Shown here: one piece after another, positions 20,596 to 31,187 of the stretch
Position numbering within the stretch: the stretch's first letter is position 1
Layout of the letters: each line of letters starts with the position of its first letter
Origin: Candidatus Thorarchaeota archaeon
GTDB lineage: Archaea; Asgardarchaeota; Thorarchaeia; Thorarchaeales; Thorarchaeaceae
Direction of reading: 5' to 3'
DNA length: 64,000 nucleotides
Assembly: GCA_004524445.1 (NCBI GenBank)
Contig: SDNP01000002.1
Location: 32,001-96,000 of the forward strand
Notes under the pieces: model-generated
What the model was told of the DNA's origin: nothing
The model's database searches: none
What the model saw: only the letters and a program-made list of their open reading frames with translations
Program-made: the position numbers and the translations under genes

Positions 20596-21017
20596 CTATC
20601 TACTATTTCGCCTTTCACAGTATGCGGGACAAACCAGTCAAGAAAACTCTCAAATTCATGATTGGTTGCGAGTCTTATGATAACCTCGATTCCACCCAAT
20701 GGCGGTGCATATTCAGTATCATCTACAACCTTGAGCTTCCCCGAGGAAGCAGCTTGCTTGTCTAATACAAGCATTGTCATTGTTCCGGTCCAATTGTTTC
20801 GCAAAAGCTTCTTCACCGCATCAATTATTCTGTAATCATGAATTGCTTGTCGAAGAGACACCAAGGATTCTCTATTAGTGGTAATTAGGGAGATAATTAT
20901 TCTATTTCCTTCCCCAACCTCTTCGAAGTTTTTGGTCATCCAAAAATAGGACAACGCATCTAGTACCTTGTTTTTATCTTCTGTAGGATTGACGGGTGTT
21001 CTGATCGTTATTTCCAT
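20592..21017 (-). CDS. UPF0201/DUF54 RNA-binding protein
   Basis: VNPTED..KV, LDKQAA, PPLGGI. Confidence 0.85.
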   Translation of the reverse strand: MEITIRTPVNPTEDKNKVLDALSYFWMTKNFEEVGEGNRIIISLITTNRESLVSLRQAIHDYRIIDAVKKLLRNNWTGTMTMLVLDKQAASSGKLKVVDDTEYAPPLGGIEVIIRLATNHEFESFLDWFVPHTVKGEIVDS

Positions 21018-21018
21018 C

Positions 21019-21558
21019 TCATAGCACAGACTCCATGACCTTCAGTGTGATTCTTCTAAGTTCCTCAATGGAACTCTCATTCACAATCATATGATCACTC
21101 AACGCAATTACTCCTCCTATACCAACTGATATTTCTCTCAAATCGCGTTCTCGGAAGACCTCCCATTTCTCAGGAGCGTCCTTTCTATTCCGGGATTGTA
21201 GCCGGGTAAATCGTGTTATGGGCGACGAATGGACAGCGACAGTTATGACATCATTTGAAAATTCCCGAAAGCGATTCATCTCAGGGATGCTTCTGCAACC
21301 CTCGATTATTACGGTATCAGAGTCGATTTTTTCCAACTGATTTATGCACCTCTCTGCAACAGCAGCAGGTCCATCCACTGCTCTCAATTCCAACATGACT
21401 TTCTTGGTGTTTTTTGGAGTGGCCTTCATTCCCCTTTTCTTTACCTCAAGCCTGATTACGTCCCCCATGATGACTATCGGCAATCCACTCTGCTTGAACT
21501 GCTTAGCCACTTCCGATTTGCCTGCACCAGGCATGCCTGTGATTATGATTATCTTCAT
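21019..21558 (-). CDS. UPF0200 dephospho-CoA-kinase-like P-loop protein
   Basis: TGMPGAGKS, MGDVIR, RDLRE. Confidence 0.85.
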   Translation of the reverse strand: MKIIIITGMPGAGKSEVAKQFKQSGLPIVIMGDVIRLEVKKRGMKATPKNTKKVMLELRAVDGPAAVAERCINQLEKIDSDTVIIEGCRSIPEMNRFREFSNDVITVAVHSSPITRFTRLQSRNRKDAPEKWEVFRERDLREISVGIGGVIALSDHMIVNESSIEELRRITLKVMESVL

Positions 21559-21787
21559 GTCCTTTCCACCGTTTCTTCTAGTATTCGGGCAAGAGTTATT
21601 GAATAGTAAATGAGGATTTGTATGGGTAGGGAGCGTTTTATTGTTTACAGTTTCTGATTTACCATTCACTACCTAGCTAATGGGATACGATATCCTTCAA
21701 AAATGGCTCGATGACATTGTTATGTTTCGAGAAGACACCACCAATCTAATGAGGGGGGGTATTCGATCTGGTATCTAGGTCAACACC

Positions 21788-22351
21788 ATGTCTGACAAAA
21801 TCAGGGCATTTCTAAGTATTGATATCAATGAAGATGACCTTCTCAATGAGATCGTCGAAATCCAGCATCTGATAGACACAAATGCAGCGAAGATAAAGCT
21901 TGTAGAGAGAGAGAATATACATTTCACTTGGAGATTCTTTGGGGATATAAAGAAGAGAAGAATTGAGCAAATTAAGGAAAAGCTCTCAGAGATTGATTTT
22001 GGTTCCTTTGACATTACTATTGGTGGGGTTGGGACGTTTCCGAATATCAGAAGACCTCGTGTCATATGGATTGGAGTGTTGGATAATATCGATAAGATGA
22101 GAGAATTGAAAAATCGGACAGATGATTTACTCGCATCTATTGGGTTTCCAAAAGAGAGAAGGAAGTTCATTCCTCATGCAACCATAGCAAGAGTCAGGTC
22201 AATTCATGACAAAGCACATCTTCAAGAGAATATTCAGTCAATCGCGAATCACAAAGTGGGAAAAATGACTGTTTCCAAAATCAGTATGACCAAAAGTACA
22301 TTGACGTCCTCTGGCCCAATATACGAAACGCTTTGGCAAATAGAAGCATGA
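21788..22351 (+). CDS. thpR: RNA 2',3'-cyclic phosphodiesterase
   Basis: Two HxT motifs (HFT, HAT), RVIWIG. Confidence 0.9.
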   Translation: MSDKIRAFLSIDINEDDLLNEIVEIQHLIDTNAAKIKLVERENIHFTWRFFGDIKKRRIEQIKEKLSEIDFGSFDITIGGVGTFPNIRRPRVIWIGVLDNIDKMRELKNRTDDLLASIGFPKERRKFIPHATIARVRSIHDKAHLQENIQSIANHKVGKMTVSKISMTKSTLTSSGPIYETLWQIEA

Positions 22352-22362
22352 ATTGGATTATT

Positions 22363-22472
22363 TGGTGGGCCGGGGGCGACTTGAACGCCCGATCTCTTGC
22401 AGTCTGTGACTTGAGGCATATTCACCAAAAGCCGCCCCAAGCAAGAATCATACCAAGCTAGACTACCGACCC
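22363..22472 (-). tRNA. tRNA-Pro(GGG) with 33-nt intron at 37/38 (22402-22434)
   Basis: Full cloverleaf, anticodon stem CTTGC/GCAAG, TTCAAGT T-loop, encoded CCA, relaxed BHB. Confidence 0.9.
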
Positions 22473-22635
22473 TAATCTGTTCCAAATTGCATATATCTCG
22501 TATTTCTAGTCGTTTGCTATGTCAAAGATAAAGATTACCACCTAGCAAGTATCCAAGAAGGGGGCTTGTAAATGGAAAGGTCTTGATGGTGAGAAATATA
22601 TCAGCTAGGAGTTTATGACTTGATGGTGCAATCTC

Positions 22636-23676
22636 ATGAAAACAGACTTGGTCTTTCACGAACTCTTCACGAAACATGTTCTCTCTCCAGGGCATCCTGA
22701 GTCTCCGAAGCGGGTAAATACAGCACTTGATGCCCTCAAGAAGTCAGATTTGTTGGATTCTGGGAGAGTCAATATGCTACAACCCCGACCAGCACATTCT
22801 GATGAAGTGAGAACAATTCATTCTAAGAGCTATCTTGAAGAAGTGAAAGAGAGGTCCGATTCCGGTGGAGGATATTTCACACTAGACACATCTGTGAATG
22901 AATATACATTCGATGCAGCTATGCATGCTGCGGGAGGTGGCATTCAGACAGTAAATCGGATTCTTGATGGAGAAGCCAAAAATTCATTCATATTATGCAG
23001 ACCACCGGGCCATCATGCAGAGTATGACAGAGCTCTGGGCTTTTGTTTCATTAATAATATCGCCGTTGCTGCAAGACATCTTGTTTCTCGGAGGGGCATG
23101 CGTCGAGTTCTCATAATAGATTATGATGCTCATCATGGAAATGGGACACAAAATGCCTTTTATTCGGAAAGGGAGGTGTTCTATGTTGGCATACATCAGG
23201 ATGGAAGAACCCTCTTCCCCGGGACGGGTTTTGTTCACGAGAGAGGAGAAGGAAAAGGTGAGGGATACAACGTTAATCTACCCATGTACCCCGGATGTGG
23301 TGATATTTCCTATGACCTTCTCCTTCGGAAAATAATCAAGCCATTGGTGGATGAATTCTCTCCAGAATTTATCCTGATTTCTGCAGGTTTTGATTGCCAT
23401 TTTAGAGACCGTTTGACCTCCTTATCGCTAACCACTTCAGGTATTGCAAAGATGAATAATTCATTGAATCAGATAGCGAAGGATCACTGTGAAGGCAGGA
23501 TTGCTTTCTTCTTAGAAGGAGGCTATGATCTTGACGTCATGCGGCAGGCGTCTGTAAATCTTATTGAAGTGCTTACTGGATTGCCTAGGACAGAATATGG
23601 AGATGTCATGGAAGAGAACACTGTATCTGTAGAGAAAACCAGACAGCTCATAGAAACTGTAGAAAAATATCGGTAA
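22636..23676 (+). CDS. Zn-dependent histone deacetylase family protein
   Basis: HPESP, RPPGHHA, GFC, DAHHGNG, SAGFD, LEGGY. Confidence 0.93.
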   Translation: MKTDLVFHELFTKHVLSPGHPESPKRVNTALDALKKSDLLDSGRVNMLQPRPAHSDEVRTIHSKSYLEEVKERSDSGGGYFTLDTSVNEYTFDAAMHAAGGGIQTVNRILDGEAKNSFILCRPPGHHAEYDRALGFCFINNIAVAARHLVSRRGMRRVLIIDYDAHHGNGTQNAFYSEREVFYVGIHQDGRTLFPGTGFVHERGEGKGEGYNVNLPMYPGCGDISYDLLLRKIIKPLVDEFSPEFILISAGFDCHFRDRLTSLSLTTSGIAKMNNSLNQIAKDHCEGRIAFFLEGGYDLDVMRQASVNLIEVLTGLPRTEYGDVMEENTVSVEKTRQLIETVEKYR

Positions 23677-23695
23677 GTCGCTACCCAAGACATTC

Positions 23696-25936
23696 TTATT
23701 CGAAGTCTTCTAAGAGTGTCTGCATTGACTCATCCAAAAGGGGTTCATTTTCTAATGTTATTTCAGCCTTGCTTTCATCCACATCAAATCCAAGCTGTTT
23801 CTTAATTGACATAGCAATACCTGTTCCTATGGCTGGAACCCGTCCTATCTTCTGTATGTCAGCTTTATACAAATCTGATAAATTGTGTAGACCATTATTG
23901 AACAGCATTCTGGCACGGACTCTGCCTATGCCCCTTAACCCAACGAGTTCCAGCAATTCTTCTTTTACGCCATGTCTTATTCTTGAGTGGAGCTTGTGTA
24001 TGAGTGGAATATGTTTAGTAATTGCAGTCACTCGACATATTTCAGATGTGGAATATAATAGCCATTCAGCTGAACGTACATATCTATGAACATCACCCAT
24101 ACCCACGTTGTAGTTCTCGGTCATTTCTCTCTCGCTTTTTTCATTAATCCAGTCTTGAAGCAATCTTGCAGTTTTGAGTTCTGCAAGATAATTTGTGTAT
24201 GACTCTGGGTCCTCCCAACTATCAGGAAGAGGGACGCTTAAGTCGGGAAGATAGTCCGCGACCATAATCTCGTAATCTTCAAACTCTGATCTTGCTATAT
24301 AGGATGTAGGTTGGTCAGGAGTGTGACAAATAAGATGCAACAAGCCAATCTCAGTGATTTCTTCGCTTTTACCTAGAGTGTTTCGCAGCAGAATGGCTGA
24401 ATAAGGGTCAATATAAAGCCGGGACGTTCTCTCGCCTAATGGTGTGGCAACGAGAGTTCCGCCGTTATCACTCTTAGTCAGTCCACCGTCTTCGAGGAAG
24501 GTTATGACGGAAGTTATATGATGGTCAATTTCCCACTTCTCGAATTGATGGGAATAAAATGTCCCTTCTATCAGATTGTCTATTTTCTCGCGAGTTCTAG
24601 TAATTCCACCTGCAATCGTAGATAGGAGATGAAATCGCAGTGCCTTGGGGGAGGCTAATTTTGATGTTATCGCCTCAGTTTCTGATAGTACGTAGTTTTC
24701 CATCAAGAATTCTCTTTCTAGCTCACTTCGAGCAATAAGTATTGCCTCCCCATAGTCATCATATGCGGGCCGCCCGGCACGACCAGCCATCTGTTTGTAC
24801 TCGAGTATGGGTATTGGATAGCTTCCCCTTCCACGTTCAAACCTCCGATAATCGCGGATAACTACGCGTCTGGCTGGAAGATTTACACCAGCCGCTAATG
24901 TGGGAGTTGCTATGATGGCTTTTAGGGTATTATTCCTAAAGCAAGACTCAATAATGCTACGCTCTCGGTTTTTAAGACCAGCATGGTGAAATGCAGACCC
25001 TTTTCTTAAGACATCAGAGAGTGTCTTGGTTGATTCGGGGACAGTGGCACTTGATACCAAGCTTTTGGATACACGATGTAATTCATCCAAATCTTGGGGT
25101 GTCAAATACGGTCGGACTGATGATGCAATTCGCTTACTGAGAGAAACTGTAGACCTACGCGATGATACGAATACAAGTACCTGTCCATCCTCTTCGAGGA
25201 TGTCACAGACGATATCCGCAATGTGTTCTTTTCTTTTCATGCGTATATTGCGTGAGGTGTTATCCTCGAATGTGATTTCTCCATCAAGAAAAACCCCCTC
25301 AGTCAAGGGAATCGGACGCCAAGAACTTTTCACTAATTTGGCGTCAAGCCAACTAGCAATCTCGTCTGCGTTAGAAATCGTTGCACTAAGTGCAAGTACT
25401 TGTATACCACTCAATAGGCGTTCCAACTTGGCTATCACCATCTCGAGTGTAGGTCCGCGGGAAGAATCATTGACTAAATGAATCTCATCTGCAACGACTA
25501 TCCCAATTTTGTGAAGCCAATCTACATTATGTCGAATGATTGAATCTGCCTTTTCAGTAGTCATGATGACAATATCTGCTTCCTTTAATCTAGTGCCAGA
25601 TGAATCGTAATCTCCGACTGATACTGCAACAGTTATGCCAATCTTCTCATATTTCTTGAAATCGGCGTATTTTTCATGGGCCAAGGCACGAAGGGGAACT
25701 AGATATAGAGCCTTACCCCGGCCCTCCAAAATTGCCTTTAGCATTGCAATCTCAGCCACTAGTGTCTTACCTGAGCTAGTTGGGAATGCGAGAACGAGAT
25801 TTTCTCCTTGGAGTAATTTTGTATTGAATGCCATTTCTTGAGGCGGAAAAAGTTTGACTATTCCTATGCCTTTGAGTAAATCAATGACTCGTTGATTGAT
25901 TGGTAGCTCATCTATATTCGTTTCTTTCAACCCCAT
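23696..25936 (-). CDS. hel308: Hel308 SF2 DNA helicase
   Basis: PTSSGKT, DEIH, SAT, QMAGRAGR, C-terminal HhH. Confidence 0.93.
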   Translation of the reverse strand: MGLKETNIDELPINQRVIDLLKGIGIVKLFPPQEMAFNTKLLQGENLVLAFPTSSGKTLVAEIAMLKAILEGRGKALYLVPLRALAHEKYADFKKYEKIGITVAVSVGDYDSSGTRLKEADIVIMTTEKADSIIRHNVDWLHKIGIVVADEIHLVNDSSRGPTLEMVIAKLERLLSGIQVLALSATISNADEIASWLDAKLVKSSWRPIPLTEGVFLDGEITFEDNTSRNIRMKRKEHIADIVCDILEEDGQVLVFVSSRRSTVSLSKRIASSVRPYLTPQDLDELHRVSKSLVSSATVPESTKTLSDVLRKGSAFHHAGLKNRERSIIESCFRNNTLKAIIATPTLAAGVNLPARRVVIRDYRRFERGRGSYPIPILEYKQMAGRAGRPAYDDYGEAILIARSELEREFLMENYVLSETEAITSKLASPKALRFHLLSTIAGGITRTREKIDNLIEGTFYSHQFEKWEIDHHITSVITFLEDGGLTKSDNGGTLVATPLGERTSRLYIDPYSAILLRNTLGKSEEITEIGLLHLICHTPDQPTSYIARSEFEDYEIMVADYLPDLSVPLPDSWEDPESYTNYLAELKTARLLQDWINEKSEREMTENYNVGMGDVHRYVRSAEWLLYSTSEICRVTAITKHIPLIHKLHSRIRHGVKEELLELVGLRGIGRVRARMLFNNGLHNLSDLYKADIQKIGRVPAIGTGIAMSIKKQLGFDVDESKAEITLENEPLLDESMQTLLEDFE

Positions 25937-25952
25937 GGAAGAGCGGACGATT

Positions 25953-28025
25953 TTAGCTCTGGGCCCGTTTCAACTTACCATGTTTGGGACTAAACAAAAT
26001 TCCTTCTGCGACAAGTTTTCTGATTACTTCTTCTGCCCTTTCCTTTGAGAGACCCAGAGGCTCCACCCGTCGAATCAATTCCTCTTCGCTGACAGTAGAG
26101 ATGCCCTCCGACTCCATATCTCTCATTACCTTCAATATGGTATCGGACGAGCTCCTTTGTGCTGCACTCATCTTGGAAACCATTCGGTCTATGTCGATTT
26201 TTCCTGTTATACGGTCAAGTGCAACCATTTTCAGAGACTCTTCCATGAGTCTCACGGAGGCTTGGGCATCCTCTTTGCTCACTTTGGATTTCAGTGCCAT
26301 TCGAGCTCTTGCCTCTGAAAGACGAACAAGTGCCTCTAACTGTCGAGCTGTGATAGGAACGGGAGCTGCGCCCCCTTCGGCCGTCTTTCTAAGGTCCACA
26401 TAGAAATTCTCTATAACTTCGGCAGCTTCTACTGTGAGTTGCGGCAACACATATCTGTGAGCATATCCAATGTATTTCTTCAAGAAACCGGGTGGGATGG
26501 GAGGGGTCTTGCTGTCCGTTTCGCTCCGTCTCATTCTATGCATCCCTAATATGAATTGAGCAAGTTCACGGTCCTTTGTTGCCTCAACTGTATCAACAAG
26601 AATCCACATTAAGTCGAATCGAGAGAGAATTGTAAAAGGTAACTTTATGTTGTCCTGAACTGAGGCGGATGGCTCATATCGACCAAGAGTCGGATTTGCA
26701 GCTGCGAGAATGGATGTTCTTGCATTTAGTGTTGCTACAATGCCTGCCTTTGCAATGCTCACTGTATGTTGCTCCATTGCTTCATGGATAGCTGTTCGAT
26801 CGTTTGGGTCCATCTTGTCAAATTCATCAATACATGCGATTCCTTGGTCAGCAAGAACCAATGCTCCCGCCTCCAATGTCATAGCACCACTATCTGTATC
26901 ATGAACAACAGCAGCAGTCAATCCGGCAGCTGTTGTTCCCTTTCCAGATGTGTAAAGACTTCTAGATGCCAATTTCGAAACAAACTTCAATATCTGGCTT
27001 TTTCCCGTTCCGGGGTCTCCAATCATTAGAATATTAGACCTGCCTCTCAAGCGTGTTCCGTCTGGAAGGGTTTTTCCTACTCCCCCAAAGAGAAGCAAAG
27101 CAATGGATTCCTTTATGTCTTCATGCCCCTTGATTGAGGGCGCAATAGATGCGACAATTCGTTCATGTACGTACGGATCTTCGGCAAGTTCCTGAATCTG
27201 CTTTTCGTCTTCTTCAGATAGCTCCAATTGTTCATACTCTTTTTCCGCTATTTCAACACCGTTTGCTTGAATGAAGACATTAAAGGTTGCCAATCGACCT
27301 CTTCTTCTTGAAAAGTCAGGTGCCGTCATCAGAATGCCAGTTATTTTCACAAGGTCACCAGGTCGAGAGATATCAACAATATCTCCTTCTAGAATGACAT
27401 CAACTGACCGCGGCATTTGACCTGGGGGAAGTTCTTCGGGTGACTCTTGTATTCGTACTTTTTGCCAGTCACGGAATTGTGACTTTTCTGGAACGAGTCT
27501 TACAGGTGTCTTTTTCCCACACACGGGACATTGATCAGGTTCTATATATCTTCCATCTTCTTGGGATAGCGAAATTTCTTCACCACATCTTCTGCAGCGA
27601 AAGGTTGCATGAACGAGTAGAGGCTTAACCTCACTGGCTCGCATCATGATGCCACTGATGTGTATCAGTTTTCCTATATGCCTAGACCGAATAGACCGAA
27701 GTGAAACGTGCTCTGGATAGTTAACAATTCTGACTTTTATTAAGCCCTCTTCAATTCCGGCCATATAATCGGGGTCTTCGGTCCTGAGAAGGGAACGTAA
27801 TGCATCATCGGCCAGTTGCAGAAAACTAATTGGATCCTCTTTGGAGAGAGCTAGGAACACATTGTCAAAGCTTGTCAAGTCCTGAAAATCAACATTAATC
27901 GAGGTTTCCTCATTGATAGACATCTGTTGTGTTCTAGTCCAATATGTTGCGTTTCCTTGTTCATCTTTATAGGATTTGAGAAATTCCTCAAATCTTTCCT
28001 GTGGCCCTACTTCGTATTCTGACAT
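25953..28025 (-). CDS. mcm: MCM replicative helicase
   Basis: Zn finger, GDPGTGKSQ, IDEFDKM, SRFD; no intein evident. Confidence 0.97.
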   Translation of the reverse strand: MSEYEVGPQERFEEFLKSYKDEQGNATYWTRTQQMSINEETSINVDFQDLTSFDNVFLALSKEDPISFLQLADDALRSLLRTEDPDYMAGIEEGLIKVRIVNYPEHVSLRSIRSRHIGKLIHISGIMMRASEVKPLLVHATFRCRRCGEEISLSQEDGRYIEPDQCPVCGKKTPVRLVPEKSQFRDWQKVRIQESPEELPPGQMPRSVDVILEGDIVDISRPGDLVKITGILMTAPDFSRRRGRLATFNVFIQANGVEIAEKEYEQLELSEEDEKQIQELAEDPYVHERIVASIAPSIKGHEDIKESIALLLFGGVGKTLPDGTRLRGRSNILMIGDPGTGKSQILKFVSKLASRSLYTSGKGTTAAGLTAAVVHDTDSGAMTLEAGALVLADQGIACIDEFDKMDPNDRTAIHEAMEQHTVSIAKAGIVATLNARTSILAAANPTLGRYEPSASVQDNIKLPFTILSRFDLMWILVDTVEATKDRELAQFILGMHRMRRSETDSKTPPIPPGFLKKYIGYAHRYVLPQLTVEAAEVIENFYVDLRKTAEGGAAPVPITARQLEALVRLSEARARMALKSKVSKEDAQASVRLMEESLKMVALDRITGKIDIDRMVSKMSAAQRSSSDTILKVMRDMESEGISTVSEEELIRRVEPLGLSKERAEEVIRKLVAEGILFSPKHGKLKRAQS

Positions 28026-28292
28026 CAATGCCTGCCTCAGATATTGAATGTGATTCTAAATCGGTTGAGTATCTGCCCCGAGTTCTACTTAATGATTTCT
28101 TGGAGTTGTATTTAAGCTACTGTATTCATACTTTCATTTTTTTGGCGAAAACAACAACATGCAATTGCTTTTGCACATGAAAAAAAGCGGTTCCTCCTGA
28201 ATTGTGTGAGAACCATTTCATGTGCGGCCTTTAGTCCTTTTTTTGTAGACCGAAGAATTTCATCAAATAGGACATGGAACGTTTGAAAACGG

Positions 28293-28853
28293 TCATTGTG
28301 TTATTTCTGCTCGCCAAGAAGATAGCAAAGCAATCATCTCTTCACATAGCCATCTCTCTTCCAAAGTCATTCCTTTCCTCTTGTCTTGATAAGCTCCTGA
28401 TTTCGCAACCCGGAGTATTTTTGAAAGTCGAGTTTCCACAATCAAAGGAATTATACGTTGCATCTTTTTAATTTCGTCACGGATTCTTGGGTCAATGGAG
28501 GTTCTATCTTCTTGTAGATTGAGAAGACTTCTTCTTAGAGCAGAATAGAGAAGAGGGTGAAATTCTTGAATGCGATGGGGATGATCCTCTTCTACTCGAT
28601 AGATATTTTGAAGGTGTCGTAGAGAATCGTAGTCATCTTCTTGTGAAATGTCAGCAATTTTTCTATGAACCAAATTTTCAATAACCCAATTCGGAAGATG
28701 AACCTTGGAACCAGCCTTAAACGGTCCAAATTTTTTGCCACCAACGATGATTTCGGACATATCTTCTTTGATAAGACAATCGCGGTAGGCGTTTAGAAAA
28801 GCCATGTCTGAGCGTCGTACAATATCGGAGGTGTGTTCTCTAATCTCTATCAT
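28293..28853 (-). CDS. GINS23 (Psf2-like) subunit
   Basis: GPFKAG..LPNW B-domain first, MTLEER; upstream of mcm. Confidence 0.8.
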   Translation of the reverse strand: MIEIREHTSDIVRRSDMAFLNAYRDCLIKEDMSEIIVGGKKFGPFKAGSKVHLPNWVIENLVHRKIADISQEDDYDSLRHLQNIYRVEEDHPHRIQEFHPLLYSALRRSLLNLQEDRTSIDPRIRDEIKKMQRIIPLIVETRLSKILRVAKSGAYQDKRKGMTLEERWLCEEMIALLSSWRAEITQ

Positions 28854-29036
28854 GACCCTTCACCAGGTATTTGATAGTCAAGCAGTGTACTTCATAAACT
28901 TCTTGTTAGATTAGTAGGTATGGGTAAGTGAAATTCATATTGGATGCTTCTTTTCACATATTCGAAGAAGCTTTTAAGGCCACCATATACGTGAGAATGA
29001 GCCAAGATGAAATATCCAATTGGATGGGATTCGTGA

Positions 29037-29981
29037 ATGGAAATAGACTTATGGACAGAAAAGCACCGACCCGCTACATTAGGCGATATTGTTGGACAGG
29101 ATTCCGTTGTAAATCGACTACAGAAATTTGTGGAGAGAGAAGCTGTACCACATTGTCTCTTTGCAGGTCCACCTGGGACAGCTAAGACTACGGCAGCTAT
29201 GGCTCTAGCAAGAGATTTGTTTGCAAGCTCATTCAATCGAAATTTCATGGAGCTTAATGCTAGTGACGAAAGGGGGATTAATGTGGTCAGAAACCAGATT
29301 AAGAATTTCGCTCGATCCCTGCCAGCAGGAAATGCACCATTCAAGATTCTTGTATTGGATGAAGCAGACCACCTCACCAGTGATGCTCAGCATGCATTAA
29401 GGCGGACCATGGAATCATATGCTACCTCCTGTCGAATGATTTTGATTTGTAATTACGCAAGTAGAATTATTCCTCCCATCCAATCTAGATGTGCAGTATT
29501 CAAATTTTCACGACTCTCAGATGACGATATCGCCGATAGGTTACATCATATCGCGGAGAAGGAGAATGTATCTATTGATGGGGAAGGAGAAAACGCGATT
29601 TTGTACCTATCAAACGGAGATATGAGAGCCGCCATTAACATATTGCAGGCTGCTTCTTCAACAGGAGAAATCGTAACTGCGGATATTGTATTTGCGATTT
29701 CAGGAAGAGCGAATCCAAAAAGTATCGGTCAGATGTTAGGCTCTGCTGTACGGGGGGACTATAATGCTGCAATTATGAGCCTCAGACAACTAATCTATCA
29801 CGAGGGAATCTCGCCATTGGACTTAATCAAACAGATACATAGGGAGATTCTCAGACTCGAGTTGGAAAATAATCTCAAAATGAAGATTCTAGAGCATACC
29901 GCAGATGTCGAATTCCGCATCGCAGAGGGAGCTAATGGTGAGATACAAATCTCTGCACTACTGTCTACATTTGGTGGATAA
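29037..29981 (+). CDS. rfcS: Replication factor C small subunit
   Basis: WTEKHRP, GPPGTAKT, ELNASDERG, SRC. Confidence 0.95.
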   Translation: MEIDLWTEKHRPATLGDIVGQDSVVNRLQKFVEREAVPHCLFAGPPGTAKTTAAMALARDLFASSFNRNFMELNASDERGINVVRNQIKNFARSLPAGNAPFKILVLDEADHLTSDAQHALRRTMESYATSCRMILICNYASRIIPPIQSRCAVFKFSRLSDDDIADRLHHIAEKENVSIDGEGENAILYLSNGDMRAAINILQAASSTGEIVTADIVFAISGRANPKSIGQMLGSAVRGDYNAAIMSLRQLIYHEGISPLDLIKQIHREILRLELENNLKMKILEHTADVEFRIAEGANGEIQISALLSTFGG

Positions 29982-29987
29982 TGAATA

Positions 29988-31187
29988 ATGAAGGAAAGCG
30001 ATTTACCTTGGCCGGAATTGCATAGGCCGATCAGCAGAAGCCAGCTCGTAGGCAATATAGGCTCAATTAATCGGCTGAAACAATGGCTAGTTAAATGGAG
30101 AAACTCTATCCCTCGCAATAAGGCTGCACTATTAGTTGGTCCTCCAGGAACCGGCAAAACAGCAACTGTTGGAGCCATCTCACGTGACATGAATGCAGAA
30201 TTAGTGGAATTCAATGCTAGTGATAAGAGGAACAAGGGGGCTATTGAAACCCTCGTGTGGAGAGCTGCCACTCAGCAGACATTAGACGGAAGGAGGCGCA
30301 TTATTCTTCTTGATGAGGTAGATGGGTTATCCGGAACTGGTGATAGAGGCGGAGTTCGGGCAATTATGAAAATACTAGACAAAGCCGTCCACCCAATTGT
30401 AATGACCGCTAATGACCCAGATAATCGTCGTTTGAAGAATTTGAAGAAGAAGTCATTGGTACTGACATTTCAGCCAATAAGCGATGATGAGATGTTGACT
30501 GTATTGAAGCGTGTACTCAATCAACATTCTTCTTCTACCTCTAAGGACCTACTAGATTTGATTGTTGCAAAATCTGCGGGAGACCTTCGTGCGGCGATAT
30601 CTGATTTGGAAACGACTTATGATGACATTGAAACAAAATCAGCTCTAGGAAATCGTACAACGAGAAGAAATGTGGAAGAAACTTTACAGAGATTATTCAT
30701 GGCTACGGACCTACAGGCGGCAAAGAGTGTAGTATCTCAGAGTGACGTTTCTTATGATGACTTGCTCCTTTGGATTGAGGAAAATATACATCTCCACTTG
30801 AGAACCGCTAATGAGCTAGAGGAGGGTTTTGAAGCGTTGTCGCTTGCTGACCTATATCTGGGGAGAATTATGCGAGATCAGAATTGGAAGTTGCTGGCGT
30901 ATGTCTACGATTTTCTTTCAGCAGGTGTATCGAACAGCAGGAAACAAACCCCTTTTTCATTAGTGGATTACACTAGACCAGAATGGCCGTTGCTTGTATG
31001 GAGAGGGAACAGGCGACAGTCTAAGAAGGCTGAGTTGGCATCAAAAGTAGCTGCTATTACAAATACCTCCGAAGAACGAGTACAAGAAACACACCTATGG
31101 GCCTTGGAAGGAATCCTGAAGAATAGTCCCGACTTGAAGAGTCAATACAGTGACTGGTTGAAAGTCAACAAAGGAATGTTTCGTTAA
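29988..31187 (+). CDS. rfcL: Replication factor C large subunit
   Basis: GPPGTGKT, EFNASD, DEVDG, GDLRAAI. Confidence 0.92.
   Translation: MKESDLPWPELHRPISRSQLVGNIGSINRLKQWLVKWRNSIPRNKAALLVGPPGTGKTATVGAISRDMNAELVEFNASDKRNKGAIETLVWRAATQQTLDGRRRIILLDEVDGLSGTGDRGGVRAIMKILDKAVHPIVMTANDPDNRRLKNLKKKSLVLTFQPISDDEMLTVLKRVLNQHSSSTSKDLLDLIVAKSAGDLRAAISDLETTYDDIETKSALGNRTTRRNVEETLQRLFMATDLQAAKSVVSQSDVSYDDLLLWIEENIHLHLRTANELEEGFEALSLADLYLGRIMRDQNWKLLAYVYDFLSAGVSNSRKQTPFSLVDYTRPEWPLLVWRGNRRQSKKAELASKVAAITNTSEERVQETHLWALEGILKNSPDLKSQYSDWLKVNKGMFR

Noticed and set aside
22402-22434. Nested second intron in tRNA-Pro (alternative TTGG/TCAA helix)
   Set aside because: Would leave a 7-nt remnant too short to splice; a single 33-nt intron is simpler
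22249-22485. 78-aa minus-strand ORF
   Set aside because: Overlaps tRNA-Pro; spurious, like the many short antisense ORFs shadowing real genes
28029-28292. Long gins-mcm intergenic region
   Set aside because: No ORB, repeat or convincing RNA structure found by eye
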